Origin: a virus
Virus record (IMG/VR): IMGVR_UViG_3300019935_000002
Coordinates: 14,395 to 78,394 of that record
Length of the DNA stretch: 64,000 bases
Direction: 5' to 3' (one strand)
The translations under genes and the position numbers were made by a program. Below the pieces are notes generated by a model that did no database searches, was not told the DNA's origin, and was given only the letters and a program-made list of their open reading frames with translations. The first letter of the stretch is position 1. The number at the start of each line of letters is the position of its first letter. Of the stretch, positions 28,479-37,912 are shown in pieces.

Positions 28479-28741
28479 GTTGTTCTCCTCAATTACTTTG
28501 CGGCTGCCTCTATGGCGCCGTAGTCTAATTCCGACACCTTCAAGGTCTGCCCTCCCAGCTCCACCTGCGTCCAATCCTCACCTCGCTGCCACAGCAAAAG
28601 CAGCTTGGCAATCCTTCCGTCTTCGAGAACGACGAACGTCTTATAGGTGAAGGATTCTACGTAGACAGGCAGATTGTGCAGGTCTGGCAAGAACACTGTG
28701 ATTCTTTCTTCTTGCCTCCTCTGGGATAGGTATGAATATTT

Positions 28742-29419
28742 CTAACATCTGTGCCCCTCATTCACCTGCAGAACCTCTTCTCGGGTCAGCCAAGTGCTCT
28801 TATCGCTGACTTTTACGGTCTTGTAGGCATAAGCTCTTCCGGCTCCCACCGGAACCGCCCCATACATCCTCGTCCAGTCATCCGTCGTGTACTCCATCAT
28901 TCGGAAATGCTCGAACTGCCAGCCCGTTACCCAATTCTCCGGCGGCAATGCCTCCAGAGCCTCCCAGTACTCCTCATCCGCTATCCGGTGTACCTTACCG
29001 AAGCGCTTGCGATCAAGGTCGTCCTGAATCTCCAGAGCTTCCTCAAGGGTCGTAACCAGGAAAATCCGCTCTTCATCAGGGTCTTCGTTGAGGATTTTCC
29101 GGTATTCTTCCTTCCAGTTGTCACCATGCAGTTCCTGCCAGTTCTCAAAGACTTCCGCCTTGTGCTTACGAAAAGATTCGTAGCTGTATGCCATCAGCCG
29201 GTCAGCTGGCTCTGTGCGTCGGCCTAAATTCAGCTCCTCTGACAGGGGCAGAGAAACCGCCCGGGGAATGCTCGCTACGCTGTAGTAGTTAAGCCGGCCT
29301 TCCCTGATATAGATCGCGACCAGCGTACCCTCAAGGTCAGGGTGCATAGCTTTGATGGAGATGCCAGTAACTGCCGACTCCTCAACCATGACACGGTCAG
29401 ACGTGTAGATGTTGTTCAT
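28742..29419 (-). CDS. DUF1419-like protein
   Basis: EEYWEALEALPPENW...FRMMEY motif. Confidence 0.65.
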   Translation of the reverse strand: MNNIYTSDRVMVEESAVTGISIKAMHPDLEGTLVAIYIREGRLNYYSVASIPRAVSLPLSEELNLGRRTEPADRLMAYSYESFRKHKAEVFENWQELHGDNWKEEYRKILNEDPDEERIFLVTTLEEALEIQDDLDRKRFGKVHRIADEEYWEALEALPPENWVTGWQFEHFRMMEYTTDDWTRMYGAVPVGAGRAYAYKTVKVSDKSTWLTREEVLQVNEGHRC

Positions 29420-29435
29420 GGTTTTCTCCTTGGTT

Positions 29436-30023
29436 TTAGTCTGAATCAGCCATCCAGTCGGCCGGGACTGTGTAGCACTCGACGACTACTCCTTTTTCCA
29501 CAGCGTCTAGCAGTGCTGCCGTTGTCCCGAACGCGCTCTTCCCGTGAATCAGACTGCCTAAATTTCCTGCTCCAGGTACACAAGGGGAGCAAGGCCGGGC
29601 ATAGACTATCGACTCCGACGACAGGATGAAGAAGTTCAGCGCTCCTCCCAGCCAGGAGGACAGGTAGTGAACGCCTTCCTGCTGACCTTCTACTGAAGGT
29701 TCTTCGGTGTGAAGCCTATCCAGCAACTCTTGGTAGGCGTCGAAATCTGACTCTCCCAGATCAGCTTCAAACTCAGCGATCCAATCGCACAGCTGTTTGT
29801 ACTTGGCGCGCCTTTCTTCGTAGAAGTAGGTAATTTTAATCTCTGGGCAGCAAGCAGTTATTCCTGCGCCTTGGCAAAATTCCTGGATGAGGTTTAGGTG
29901 TGCCTGCAGATGTGTCCAGTCCATTGAATTTGGGCCATACATTAAGGTATCAACCAGCTCACTGTCCAAGCTATCGGCGGAGATGTAGCCAAAGGCTACA
30001 CCTGTTATGGGATTAGTATTCAT
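29436..30023 (-). CDS. phage hypothetical protein
   Basis: Start refined to MNTNP; WLGGA and CSPCVPGAGNL motifs. Confidence 0.75.
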   Translation of the reverse strand: MNTNPITGVAFGYISADSLDSELVDTLMYGPNSMDWTHLQAHLNLIQEFCQGAGITACCPEIKITYFYEERRAKYKQLCDWIAEFEADLGESDFDAYQELLDRLHTEEPSVEGQQEGVHYLSSWLGGALNFFILSSESIVYARPCSPCVPGAGNLGSLIHGKSAFGTTAALLDAVEKGVVVECYTVPADWMADSD

Positions 30024-30045
30024 GGTGTTCTCCTGTTCCATGCTG

Positions 30046-30540
30046 TCAGTTACTGTTGTGGATCGCCTCATCGACCTCATCGCCCGCCATACGCAGGCAG
30101 AAGCAAGCGATCATATAGAGGTATTTGGCATGGTCATCGGTGATGGCGTCGTCGTAGAAGACTGCCATCCAATTGCTGCCACACTCACCAATAACCCGAA
30201 CGCAGTCGATCAGCATAGTCTCGGTGCCCAGAGCATCCCATTCTGTCAGACGCAGCATTGCTGTGTAGCCGGCCACAGTCGAGCCATGCGCCCTTGCATG
30301 CTCCTGTAACCGATCCCGCACCAAAGGCCAGTACTTAGCACAGAAATTAACGCCGTCTTCATAGCTGATAAAGCCTTGGTAACCTTCGTTGCCGTCTCGC
30401 ATGCTGGCGTTGATCGCGTCCTTTGCCCAGCTGTAGAGGTTGCCTTCGGAGTCGTACAAATCCCGCAGACGGGTTGGTGCAGGGGTTGCTCCTAACTGGC
30501 TCAGCACGGCGGCGGTGAGAGGAGATAGTTTGATAGACAT
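30046..30540 (-). CDS. hypothetical protein
   Basis: ORF with AGGT SD. Confidence 0.7.
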   Translation of the reverse strand: MSIKLSPLTAAVLSQLGATPAPTRLRDLYDSEGNLYSWAKDAINASMRDGNEGYQGFISYEDGVNFCAKYWPLVRDRLQEHARAHGSTVAGYTAMLRLTEWDALGTETMLIDCVRVIGECGSNWMAVFYDDAITDDHAKYLYMIACFCLRMAGDEVDEAIHNSN

Positions 30541-30568
30541 AGGTCACCTGTGTAATAGGAGGTTGGAT

Positions 30569-31366
30569 TTAGAAGGAAGTTTTGATTGAGATCTCAAAAG
30601 GAGCCTCAGCCAGGATGGCTTTCTCCTTTTCCGTAGCAGGCGTTCGCCAGCCGTAGGCCAGCCCTTTGCCGGTGTAATAGATCAGGTTATCCATGTGCAA
30701 TTCTGGATGTTTCGCTATCCACAGGCGGGCTTCGCCTTCGATTTCGAGAACTCGCTCCTTCTCCTGAAGTTCCTGCCCGCGAGCCTCCAGCCAATCCGCA
30801 GCGCGCTGCTCTCGGGCAGGCACTTGCTCGATCACCCATGCCTCCCGCAGCTGCTTCATATCAGGGGACGTCCCACGGCTACCGTCAATAGACGTCCACG
30901 CCAGCAGAGATAGGTTTTCTTCCTCAAGATATCGATTTGGTAAACAGCCTGCGTGGTAGTCCTCGGTCGGCTCCACCTCTATAGCGCCGCAATAGCCGCA
31001 CTTAAAGGTCGTGCGACGAATCTCACGCATCTCATCGGTGATGGTCAGGTAATGTCCAGCCTTAATTCTCCGGTTCGGGAGGATGGATTCCGCCCAGTCA
31101 AAGACGCGGAGACCTGATTTGCCCTCCTCCTTAGGTACAGTGTTCCACTGATTAGAGGACAGGAAGTTTGTAGCCAGTTCCACTTCGCCAGCCGGGACTT
31201 GGTCGTAGGTCCGGTATTCGCCTCCCTGACCGCTAGTAGCATAAGTGTCGAACACTTTCAGACCTTGAGCCTCCAGAGATGACTTGAGTTCAGCGTAAGC
31301 TGCGGCCTCCTCAGGGTTATCGATATTAAAACAGTAGGTGTGCAAAGTCGTTTTGAGTGTTTTCAT
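30569..31366 (-). CDS. phage hypothetical protein
   Basis: 265-aa ORF with SD. Confidence 0.8.
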   Translation of the reverse strand: MKTLKTTLHTYCFNIDNPEEAAAYAELKSSLEAQGLKVFDTYATSGQGGEYRTYDQVPAGEVELATNFLSSNQWNTVPKEEGKSGLRVFDWAESILPNRRIKAGHYLTITDEMREIRRTTFKCGYCGAIEVEPTEDYHAGCLPNRYLEEENLSLLAWTSIDGSRGTSPDMKQLREAWVIEQVPAREQRAADWLEARGQELQEKERVLEIEGEARLWIAKHPELHMDNLIYYTGKGLAYGWRTPATEKEKAILAEAPFEISIKTSF

Positions 31367-31416
31367 GGTGTGATCCTGAGTTGTAGGTTTGATTCAATTT
31401 GATTAAGGTTCGACCT

Positions 31417-31821
31417 TTAGCTCTCGTCCGAGAGCTGGCCAGCGGGACAGAAAGGCTTAACCCTGTCACCGCAGTCAGAGACTTTATCAGCCAGGGAAAG
31501 GCGGTCGACCTCTGGCCGCTTGTACCAGCCGGGCATGGGCTTAGTCACCATCCCAGCTAGAGCTTCAGACGTGACCTCAGTCAGGCAGCCGAAACTGTTC
31601 AGCTGACAACCAGTGCCAAACTGCCGGGACGGCCTGCAGACAGAGCCAAACTTATAAAGTCCTGTCAGTCGCTCCACCTCGAACCCTACGGCGGGGCTGT
31701 CGAGCGAAGTTGAGAAGAATCCGTAGTTGAAATGGGTGGAGTTGGATACGTACACCCTGAACCCCAAACCGTTCATGTGTTCCGCCAGTTTAAGTAGGCG
31801 ATCTCTGTAGAATTTTCGCAT
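31417..31821 (-). CDS. hypothetical protein
   Basis: Start refined to MRKFY downstream of promoter. Confidence 0.7.
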   Translation of the reverse strand: MRKFYRDRLLKLAEHMNGLGFRVYVSNSTHFNYGFFSTSLDSPAVGFEVERLTGLYKFGSVCRPSRQFGTGCQLNSFGCLTEVTSEALAGMVTKPMPGWYKRPEVDRLSLADKVSDCGDRVKPFCPAGQLSDES

Positions 31822-31850
31822 AGCGCACCTGTAGGTTAAATTATAGTCCA

Positions 31851-31879
31851 AGCGTAGCCGTAGACCTTGATTTTGTAAA
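31851..31879 (-). promoter_or_regulatory. sigma70-type promoter inside 14-bp inverted repeat
   Basis: TTTACA-17-TACGCT; arms 31852-31865 and 31880-31893 (one mismatch). Confidence 0.6.
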
Positions 31880-31907
31880 GTCTATGGCTACGCCTAACGT
31901 AAGAAAT

Positions 31908-32027
31908 TTAGTCAAAGCTCTTCCATGACCAAGGTGTTTCTTGGTCGCAGGGCGTGAAGTCGATCTCGGTGATCTCTGCGATCTCGACAATCTCGTCAAG
32001 ACCTTCGGTCAGCAGGTCAAAGTCCAT
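31908..32027 (-). CDS. small acidic hypothetical protein (39 aa)
   Basis: MDFDLLTEGLDEIVEIAEITEIDF..., AAGGAG SD. Confidence 0.5.
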   Translation of the reverse strand: MDFDLLTEGLDEIVEIAEITEIDFTPCDQETPWSWKSFD

Positions 32028-32358
32028 CGCAGTTCTCCTTCTTGTACTCATCCAGCAGCATTCGTGCTGCTGCCTTACCCACGCAAGTGCGGGTGCTCAA
32101 GGAGGGTAAGGAATTCATCCCTACCTCCCCTAACTCCCTCGCCTTTTGTAAACCTATCGGTGTGCGGTCCCATAACCAGCTCCCTCGACCGCTGCGGGAC
32201 AGGATGTCGTTAAAGTGCGGGTCTTCCGACTCCAGCAGTCTCTGGACGCCAATATGGGTGCAGACGTAGTGGAGAGTATCTTCCGTGACGAACTGCTGGT
32301 AAAAGTCCTGATATAGACGTTCTGAGTCCTGCATGTACTCTTGATGTGTGATGCTCAT
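32017..32358 (-). CDS. phage hypothetical protein
   Basis: ORF with SD. Confidence 0.75.
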   Translation of the reverse strand: MSITHQEYMQDSERLYQDFYQQFVTEDTLHYVCTHIGVQRLLESEDPHFNDILSRSGRGSWLWDRTPIGLQKARELGEVGMNSLPSLSTRTCVGKAAARMLLDEYKKENCDGL

Positions 32359-32882
32359 GATTTCTCTCCAACAGTTGGTCGATTTACAGACGCGATCATC
32401 GCGTCCAGCAGAGTTGTATCGTTAAGCTCGGTCGGCCTCTGGCTTCGGATCAGAGTTAGCTCGGTCGTCCCGATCAGACCTTTGCGCGCCATCGGCACTA
32501 GGTCTTCCGGCGTGAATCGCCGACCCAGCAGCAAGGACAGTGCGATGGTTGTGCTGACAATTGTGCCAGCCTCCTGGTTTTCGGGAACTACGAAGCGGTT
32601 TAACCGGCTGCAGAGCTCGCGGAAGTCTTCTACCGGCTCGTCCTTGCGATAGGTGCCCATCTTCCAGCCCATCCGGTTTAAGGCCACCTCTACCTCTTCT
32701 AGGGTCGCAGGCAGGCGGAACGGTCTTATATCCCGATAGGTCACCTCGTCCACCTTAAGGTCTCCCGCCAGGAACTCATCGCACAAAAGTATGCGGTCAT
32801 CGCTGGACTCGTAGAAGTCCATCAGCTCAGCCAAGAACTGAGCGGTGGTGATTTCTCGTGCAGTTTTTTCGTTATTGGGCAT
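32355..32882 (-). CDS. hypothetical protein
   Basis: Start refined to MPNNE. Confidence 0.7.
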   Translation of the reverse strand: MPNNEKTAREITTAQFLAELMDFYESSDDRILLCDEFLAGDLKVDEVTYRDIRPFRLPATLEEVEVALNRMGWKMGTYRKDEPVEDFRELCSRLNRFVVPENQEAGTIVSTTIALSLLLGRRFTPEDLVPMARKGLIGTTELTLIRSQRPTELNDTTLLDAMIASVNRPTVGEKS

Positions 32883-33348
32883 GTTCTTTACCTTCTTTCT
32901 GATCCAAACATTCAATCAACCCTCGGAGCAGGACAATTGTAGCGCCCAATAACTCCCGTCTCTTGGTTAACGATTTGCCTTCCCACTTAGGCTGATGGAT
33001 GTACTCCTGAGTCCCGCCTATAGGGAACTTAGGCAAGGCGATAACCCTGCCGTCCAGCTCGGTTACGGGGTCATCAGGTGTTATGCAGCACCAGCTGAAC
33101 TGCTGAGCGGCTAACCCTACCAGCCAGTTCATAGCCGAAGTGTGGCTCAGGTTTCGACATAGGCCATGGTGACCCAAAAACCAGCCAGGAGGCTTACCTT
33201 TCAGCAACCCCTCCTGCAGCTCCTCTGCCATAGCAAGCGGGCAGAGGAGGTTTGACGGAGCTATCTCCAAGTCCTCACACATGGTCTTGGCGAAACGCAG
33301 GATTTGTTCTGGGGTTAAAGTTTCAGCTCTGACTACTGGGCTACTCAT
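32872..33348 (-). CDS. hypothetical protein, paralogue 1 of tandem trio
   Basis: Shares GLCxNL, VGLxAxQFxWC, WEGxxLTKR with the two upstream genes. Confidence 0.75.
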   Translation of the reverse strand: MSSPVVRAETLTPEQILRFAKTMCEDLEIAPSNLLCPLAMAEELQEGLLKGKPPGWFLGHHGLCRNLSHTSAMNWLVGLAAQQFSWCCITPDDPVTELDGRVIALPKFPIGGTQEYIHQPKWEGKSLTKRRELLGATIVLLRGLIECLDQKEGKEHAQ

Positions 33349-33796
33349 CGGGTTCTCCTTCCAAACATTCAATCAATCCACGTAGTAGGACAATTGTAGC
33401 GCCCAATAACTCCCGTCTTTTGGTTAAGGACTCACCTTCCCATTTAGGCTTGAAGTAGAACTCCTTGCTGCCTCCAACCGGAAAGACAGGCAGGGCTACG
33501 GTTTTGCCTCCGAACTCGACCTGATGGCAGGTCGTAGAGCAGTTGCACCAATCAAACTGCAGAGCCGCTAGACCTACCAGCCGGCAGATGAAAACCCAGT
33601 TCTCCGGTGTGTCCAAGTTGTCGCACAGCCCCATTCCCTTGTTGAATCCTCGCGGTAACTTTTTAGCAAGCTGACCTCTTAGCCCCTCCGCCTTACTCAG
33701 GGAGACATTTAGGTCTGCAATCGAGCTTGTGCTTTCTTCCCACATCACCTTGGTGATGGATAAACACTCTTCTGGGGTTAATTTAGGGTGTTTCAC
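33341..33796 (-). CDS. hypothetical protein, paralogue 2 of tandem trio
   Basis: Same shared motifs. Confidence 0.75.
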   Translation of the reverse strand: MKHPKLTPEECLSITKVMWEESTSSIADLNVSLSKAEGLRGQLAKKLPRGFNKGMGLCDNLDTPENWVFICRLVGLAALQFDWCNCSTTCHQVEFGGKTVALPVFPVGGSKEFYFKPKWEGESLTKRRELLGATIVLLRGLIECLEGEPDE

Positions 33797-34266
33797 AACT
33801 CGTCCTCCATGTCACAGACATATTCCAAGACTTCAATTACCGCGTCTAACAGTTGAAGTCTTTTAGTCAAACCTTCTCCTTCCCACAGGTTGACTGTGCG
33901 GCAGTAGGCATCTACTCCCTCGACTGGGTACGTGTAAATCTCTACTGGCAGACCAAAGTTCGCCCGGGGTAAGTCCATACAGCACCAATCAAACTGCAAA
34001 GCCGTGAGCCCTACCAGATCTATAACATTTGAAAGATCATAAGTTCCTCTGATGTTGTCGCAGATGCCCGCCTCAGGCCAGAACGGTCTATCTTTGACCT
34101 GCTCAGGTAGGTCAGGCAGAGAGTGGCGCAACGCAGACCTTAGCGCCTTGCCTCTTACCAGAGTCTCAGCAGGAGACCATGCGCCTAGTGTTCGGCAGCT
34201 GTGGCGGTAAAGTTGCCGAACATATTCCTTCACCTTTGCGTTTGATAATTTCTGATGATTTTTCAT
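33793..34266 (-). CDS. hypothetical protein, paralogue 3 of tandem trio
   Basis: Same shared motifs; start refined to MKNHQ after GGAGGAG. Confidence 0.75.
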   Translation of the reverse strand: MKNHQKLSNAKVKEYVRQLYRHSCRTLGAWSPAETLVRGKALRSALRHSLPDLPEQVKDRPFWPEAGICDNIRGTYDLSNVIDLVGLTALQFDWCCMDLPRANFGLPVEIYTYPVEGVDAYCRTVNLWEGEGLTKRLQLLDAVIEVLEYVCDMEDEL

Positions 34267-34331
34267 GAGGGCTCCTCCATGGAGAATAAGAGTTACAGAT
34301 GAGATAGGACTGCAGATGCGGGCCGGTTGCT

Positions 34332-34943
34332 CTATCTGTCTGAGGGTTGGGTAGGCTCGGCAGGGGATGCCTTTATGATTTGACGCAGTACCGGCTTCCA
34401 TCGCTTCCACCAGAGTAGAGCCCTTTTACCGTCCATCTCCAGAATGGCTCTGTCGTCAAAGCTCCACCAATCCTCGATAGGATGCTGCTCGCACCCAATC
34501 TGAACTACCTCTGCCGTGTAGGTGACAGGGTAAGTGTCGCAGAGAATGGCCTTTATGTGGCGCATGTCTCCTAAACATCTCCAGAGCTTAGCTCCCCCAA
34601 GGTCAGCCCCTTCAAGATTGGCTCCCTCAAGATCGGCCCCTCCAAGGTTAGATCTTCTGAGGTCAGCCCCTCCAAGGTTAGATCTTCTGAGGTCAGCCCT
34701 CCATAGGTCAGCTCCTTTGAGGTCAGCTCCTTTGAGGTCAGCTCTCCATAGGTCAGCCCCTTCAAGGTTAGATCTTCTGAGGTTAGATCTTCTGAGGTCA
34801 GCTCTCCATAGCTTAGCGCCTTCGAGATTGGCTCTCTCACCTGTGGCCTTTCCATCCAACCAGTCCTTGTGCTTTCGCAGGATTTCAGGCAGGTCTATAG
34901 GTCTCCCCTTAACGTCAGTAGGGGCGAAAGTTGAGTCAGTCAT
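34332..34943 (-). CDS. pentapeptide repeat protein
   Basis: A(D/N)Lxx repeats followed by QIGCEQH..W C-terminal domain; start refined to MTDS. Confidence 0.92.
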   Translation of the reverse strand: MTDSTFAPTDVKGRPIDLPEILRKHKDWLDGKATGERANLEGAKLWRADLRRSNLRRSNLEGADLWRADLKGADLKGADLWRADLRRSNLGGADLRRSNLGGADLEGANLEGADLGGAKLWRCLGDMRHIKAILCDTYPVTYTAEVVQIGCEQHPIEDWWSFDDRAILEMDGKRALLWWKRWKPVLRQIIKASPAEPTQPSDR

Positions 34944-34966
34944 AGGTTCACCTTTGTGTGTGCGGG

Positions 34967-35089
34967 CTAGCCCACCAAATAAAAATGTCCGTCGACCCAT
35001 TTGATGCGCATTCCCACCTTGTAGCAGGTAGCAAAAGCATCAGTCAGGGTCGTGTTGAGTGGTATGTCCACCTTTAGACGGATAGCCAT
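34967..35089 (-). CDS. small hypothetical protein (40 aa)
   Basis: MAIRLKVDIP..., TGATG coupled to upstream ORF. Confidence 0.4.
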   Translation of the reverse strand: MAIRLKVDIPLNTTLTDAFATCYKVGMRIKWVDGHFYLVG

Positions 35090-35460
35090 CAGTAAGGCCT
35101 CGCAGATTGGCAGATTGCCTCGCAGAATTTAAGGCAAGCCTCGTGCTCAGGCTCGGTTAGATTCGATTTCTCAATCTCCTCTCCTTCCTCACCAGTGGCC
35201 CAGTTGTGGTTCGTGATGGAGAACTGGTCAGAGAGCACCATCACAGTCACGCCATGGTTCGCAGACACCTCATTACGCAGGATCAGAGTTGCGCGTCCAC
35301 GAGTGCTAAAATCCGCCTCCAGCTTGTAAGCCTTGAGGTAGCGCGGCAGCAGATCCGCCAGGCAGGCCCCAAGCTGGGTCAGGTCGGTGGGGTTGGCAAG
35401 GGTTGTGATTACGGGCTGGGTGTCTGAATGGGTCATAGAGTTGGTCACGAGGTTGGTCAT
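35089..35460 (-). CDS. hypothetical protein (first gene of early operon)
   Basis: ORF with AAGGT SD. Confidence 0.7.
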   Translation of the reverse strand: MTNLVTNSMTHSDTQPVITTLANPTDLTQLGACLADLLPRYLKAYKLEADFSTRGRATLILRNEVSANHGVTVMVLSDQFSITNHNWATGEEGEEIEKSNLTEPEHEACLKFCEAICQSARPY

Positions 35461-35759
35461 GGGTTCACCTTTAGGGAAGTTGAGGCTTAGAGTTGTGTGC
35501 GTAGGTGTAACTTGGTGTCTGAATAGGCCTGAGGCTTATCAGAATGGATTCTAAGGCGTTTTCTTTGTTGACAGGTACGATGGCCGCACCTTTATGGGTT
35601 GAGCCTTAGAATCGAAAATAGGGCCACCTTTACTGACAGAGGGTTGAGAGTGGTCAGTCGGGGGGTGGGTCATGAGTCGAGGCACCTTTGCAGGTAGCGC
35701 CTAGCAGATGTAAGCAAAGGTGTCAATGCCCTGCTAGTGAGGTCAGAAAACAGGGTGGG

Positions 35760-36830
35760 TACTCGAAAATGCAAGAAATTTCGGAATTTTTTTTTTTGTT
35801 TTGAAAGTGCGCTCAGAAATGACGAATGTGACCGTGACACGATAAATAGTCACGCTAAAGTAATTATATTATTATTTATATTTATTAAAAAAAAAAAAAA
35901 AAAAAAAAGAAGTTCTGGCTAGTGTTGCTAACGCATTGCTGTTGCACCCTGCCAGTACCCGTGTAGAACGAAAATGGGACATTTTGACACAGGTTAAATC
36001 GCGGTTAATTCGCAATTAAATTCGGGTATAGAAGAACTAAAAAAATTTAATATAAATCTCTTATAACTCGATTTTCGGATTTTTTGCGTTCAAACAGGTG
36101 TTTGAATGAAATCGTGGCAGACTTTAACCCGAAATTAACCACAAATTGACCCCGAATTAACCACTTTGTACCCGAAACCAATTGCAAACGTATTGCGAAC
36201 TAACCGCGAACTAGTTGTGTATTAACCCGTCACCTAAATAATAAGTACCTTTAATCAGTTGTGATTAAATTGCGAACCTACCCCGTTCAAGTTGCTTATC
36301 AGTTGCTAATTAACCACTGATAAGACATCCCTAATATTCGGGTTAAGTCTTGGTTAAATCCGGGTACTAAATTTTGGGTTAAATCCGGGTACTAAATTTT
36401 GGGTTAAATCTGGGTAGTGTCGCAATTAAATCGTGGTAGGTTTACAGTTAGCTATTGGTAATTATTTTATAAAAATTATCTTATAAGAACTCAGTAGTTC
36501 AATATGAGTCTTTTATAAAAAATCCGAGGTTACAAACTGTTACAAAAATACCAAAACGGGTTAAATAAGGGTTAACTCTGTAATAGCGAAACCAAAGTTA
36601 ACCCTTATTTAACCTCTATTAAGTTGCTATTGAATTGCGAAACAACTTAGTTCTAACCCTTCTACTGTTGCGAATTAATAGTTATTTAACCCGAAACTAA
36701 GCGACCAAATTACGGCAAATCCGGCCTTTCGCGCCTGAAATCCAGCCTCTAACCTCTGCCGAATCTTGACGGTGTAAAAGGATTTTTCTATTAAAATCTC
36801 TTAAATATAAAATAATTTTTGCAGCCTGGA
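35760..36830. repeat. AT-rich non-coding region with ~11-bp phased degenerate repeats (TTAACCCGAAA-like) in both orientations; candidate origin or packaging region
   Basis: Arrays at 35990-36030, 36124-36232, 36336-36440; 19-bp inverted repeat ~36559-36614; T11 and A22 runs. Confidence 0.65.
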
Positions 36831-36832
36831 CG

Positions 36833-36865
36833 ACGAAAGCCCCAGCCGGTTGCCCGACTGGGGTT
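36833..36865 (-). terminator. intrinsic terminator
   Basis: CCCCAGTCGG-GCAA-CCGGCTGGGG followed by CTTTCGT. Confidence 0.65.
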
Positions 36866-36880
36866 AGCGTTTCCGCTTCA

Positions 36881-36908
36881 ATCTCTATTGCGCTTTGTTG
36901 TGCCTAGT
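36881..36908. repeat. 28-bp perfect inverted repeat, arm downstream of ORF
   Basis: ATCTCTATTGCGCTTTGTTGTGCCTAGT is the exact reverse complement of 37913-37940. Confidence 0.97.
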
Positions 36909-36938
36909 TGGGTTGGGAATTGATCAGGCTAGGCCTGA

Positions 36939-37883
36939 TTAGAAATATTGAACCAGTTCTGAAAGGATTTTCTTAAGCTGGTTCACTTCAGGAGCTTCAG
37001 ACGCTAGAGCGTCTTTAGCCTGAGATTTTAAAGCCTGCACGGCTTCAAAGTTTAACTGAATGGCGTTTAGCATACTTGCTAAGCCTTCGGTCTTCTCTTC
37101 AGACATAAGCAGGTTAGCCGCCAGCTCTACACGCTTAGATGCGTCTAGCGCGGCCTCGCTACTCTTGTCCAAGGCTTTTTCAATGCTAGACGCTGCTTTC
37201 TTTGCGTCCGCTTCAGGGTCGTTAAACTTTCGGTTATCCTTGCCGTTTTGCTTGAAGCTACGCAGGCTGTCCCAGTACGCAGGCGGACGCTTGCGCCACA
37301 TGTAGCCTTTTTTGCGCTTAAGCAGCACAACCAGCTCTTTCTTGCCGCCAGAATCACCAGCGGTTCCGATGGCCTCTTGGGCTGTCGCGTCTGTCGCTAC
37401 TACATCCTTTTTCTGTACACGTACAATAAAAGGTGTAGTTGCTTCCAGATACTTTTTAGCGGCATCAAAATCATGCCGCCAGCCCTTGCTAGTGTACATC
37501 AGCCAAAGGATAGATTGGATTAAGGAGAAGTCTTTATTGCCTGAATCCTGCAAGCGCAAAATACCGGATTGAAGACTATCATTTACCGTTTCCCTGTTAA
37601 CCGTGCCATCCTTGAACGCCTGCACTGTTGAGGCGTAGGACTTCAAAGATTCGGCCAGTTTTAAAGGCATATCCGCGAACGTTTCCACGGCTTCAGGATC
37701 AGCTTCAGCAGTAGCATTCTGCAATGCGGCTAACTCAAACTTAGCCGCATCTTGCCAGCTTTTTGCCGGTTGTCCTGTAAGGTCTTTGTACCCCTTCAAA
37801 GTCTTATATTCTTCTTTTAAAAGAAGAGTGCAAGACTCAATTTGGGCCGAGGTAAAGTCTGTTTTTGCTGTATTTGTTTGCAT
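36939..37883 (-). CDS. hypothetical protein (~314 aa) in its own transcription unit
   Basis: Long ORF with GGTG SD, own promoter and terminator; no recognised motifs. Confidence 0.85.
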   Translation of the reverse strand: MQTNTAKTDFTSAQIESCTLLLKEEYKTLKGYKDLTGQPAKSWQDAAKFELAALQNATAEADPEAVETFADMPLKLAESLKSYASTVQAFKDGTVNRETVNDSLQSGILRLQDSGNKDFSLIQSILWLMYTSKGWRHDFDAAKKYLEATTPFIVRVQKKDVVATDATAQEAIGTAGDSGGKKELVVLLKRKKGYMWRKRPPAYWDSLRSFKQNGKDNRKFNDPEADAKKAASSIEKALDKSSEAALDASKRVELAANLLMSEEKTEGLASMLNAIQLNFEAVQALKSQAKDALASEAPEVNQLKKILSELVQYF

Positions 37884-37912
37884 AGTAATCACCACTTTTA
37901 AAAGAAATGAGG

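Noticed and set aside
2029-35427. Numerous plus-strand ORFs across the left arm
   Set aside because: Antisense shadows of tightly packed minus-strand genes, without SD or recognisable motifs
35737-35922. 61-aa ORF with poly-Lys tail
   Set aside because: Product of homopolymer runs in non-coding DNA
35990-36440. CRISPR array
   Set aside because: Units are ~11 bp, degenerate and contiguous, with no unique spacers or cas genes
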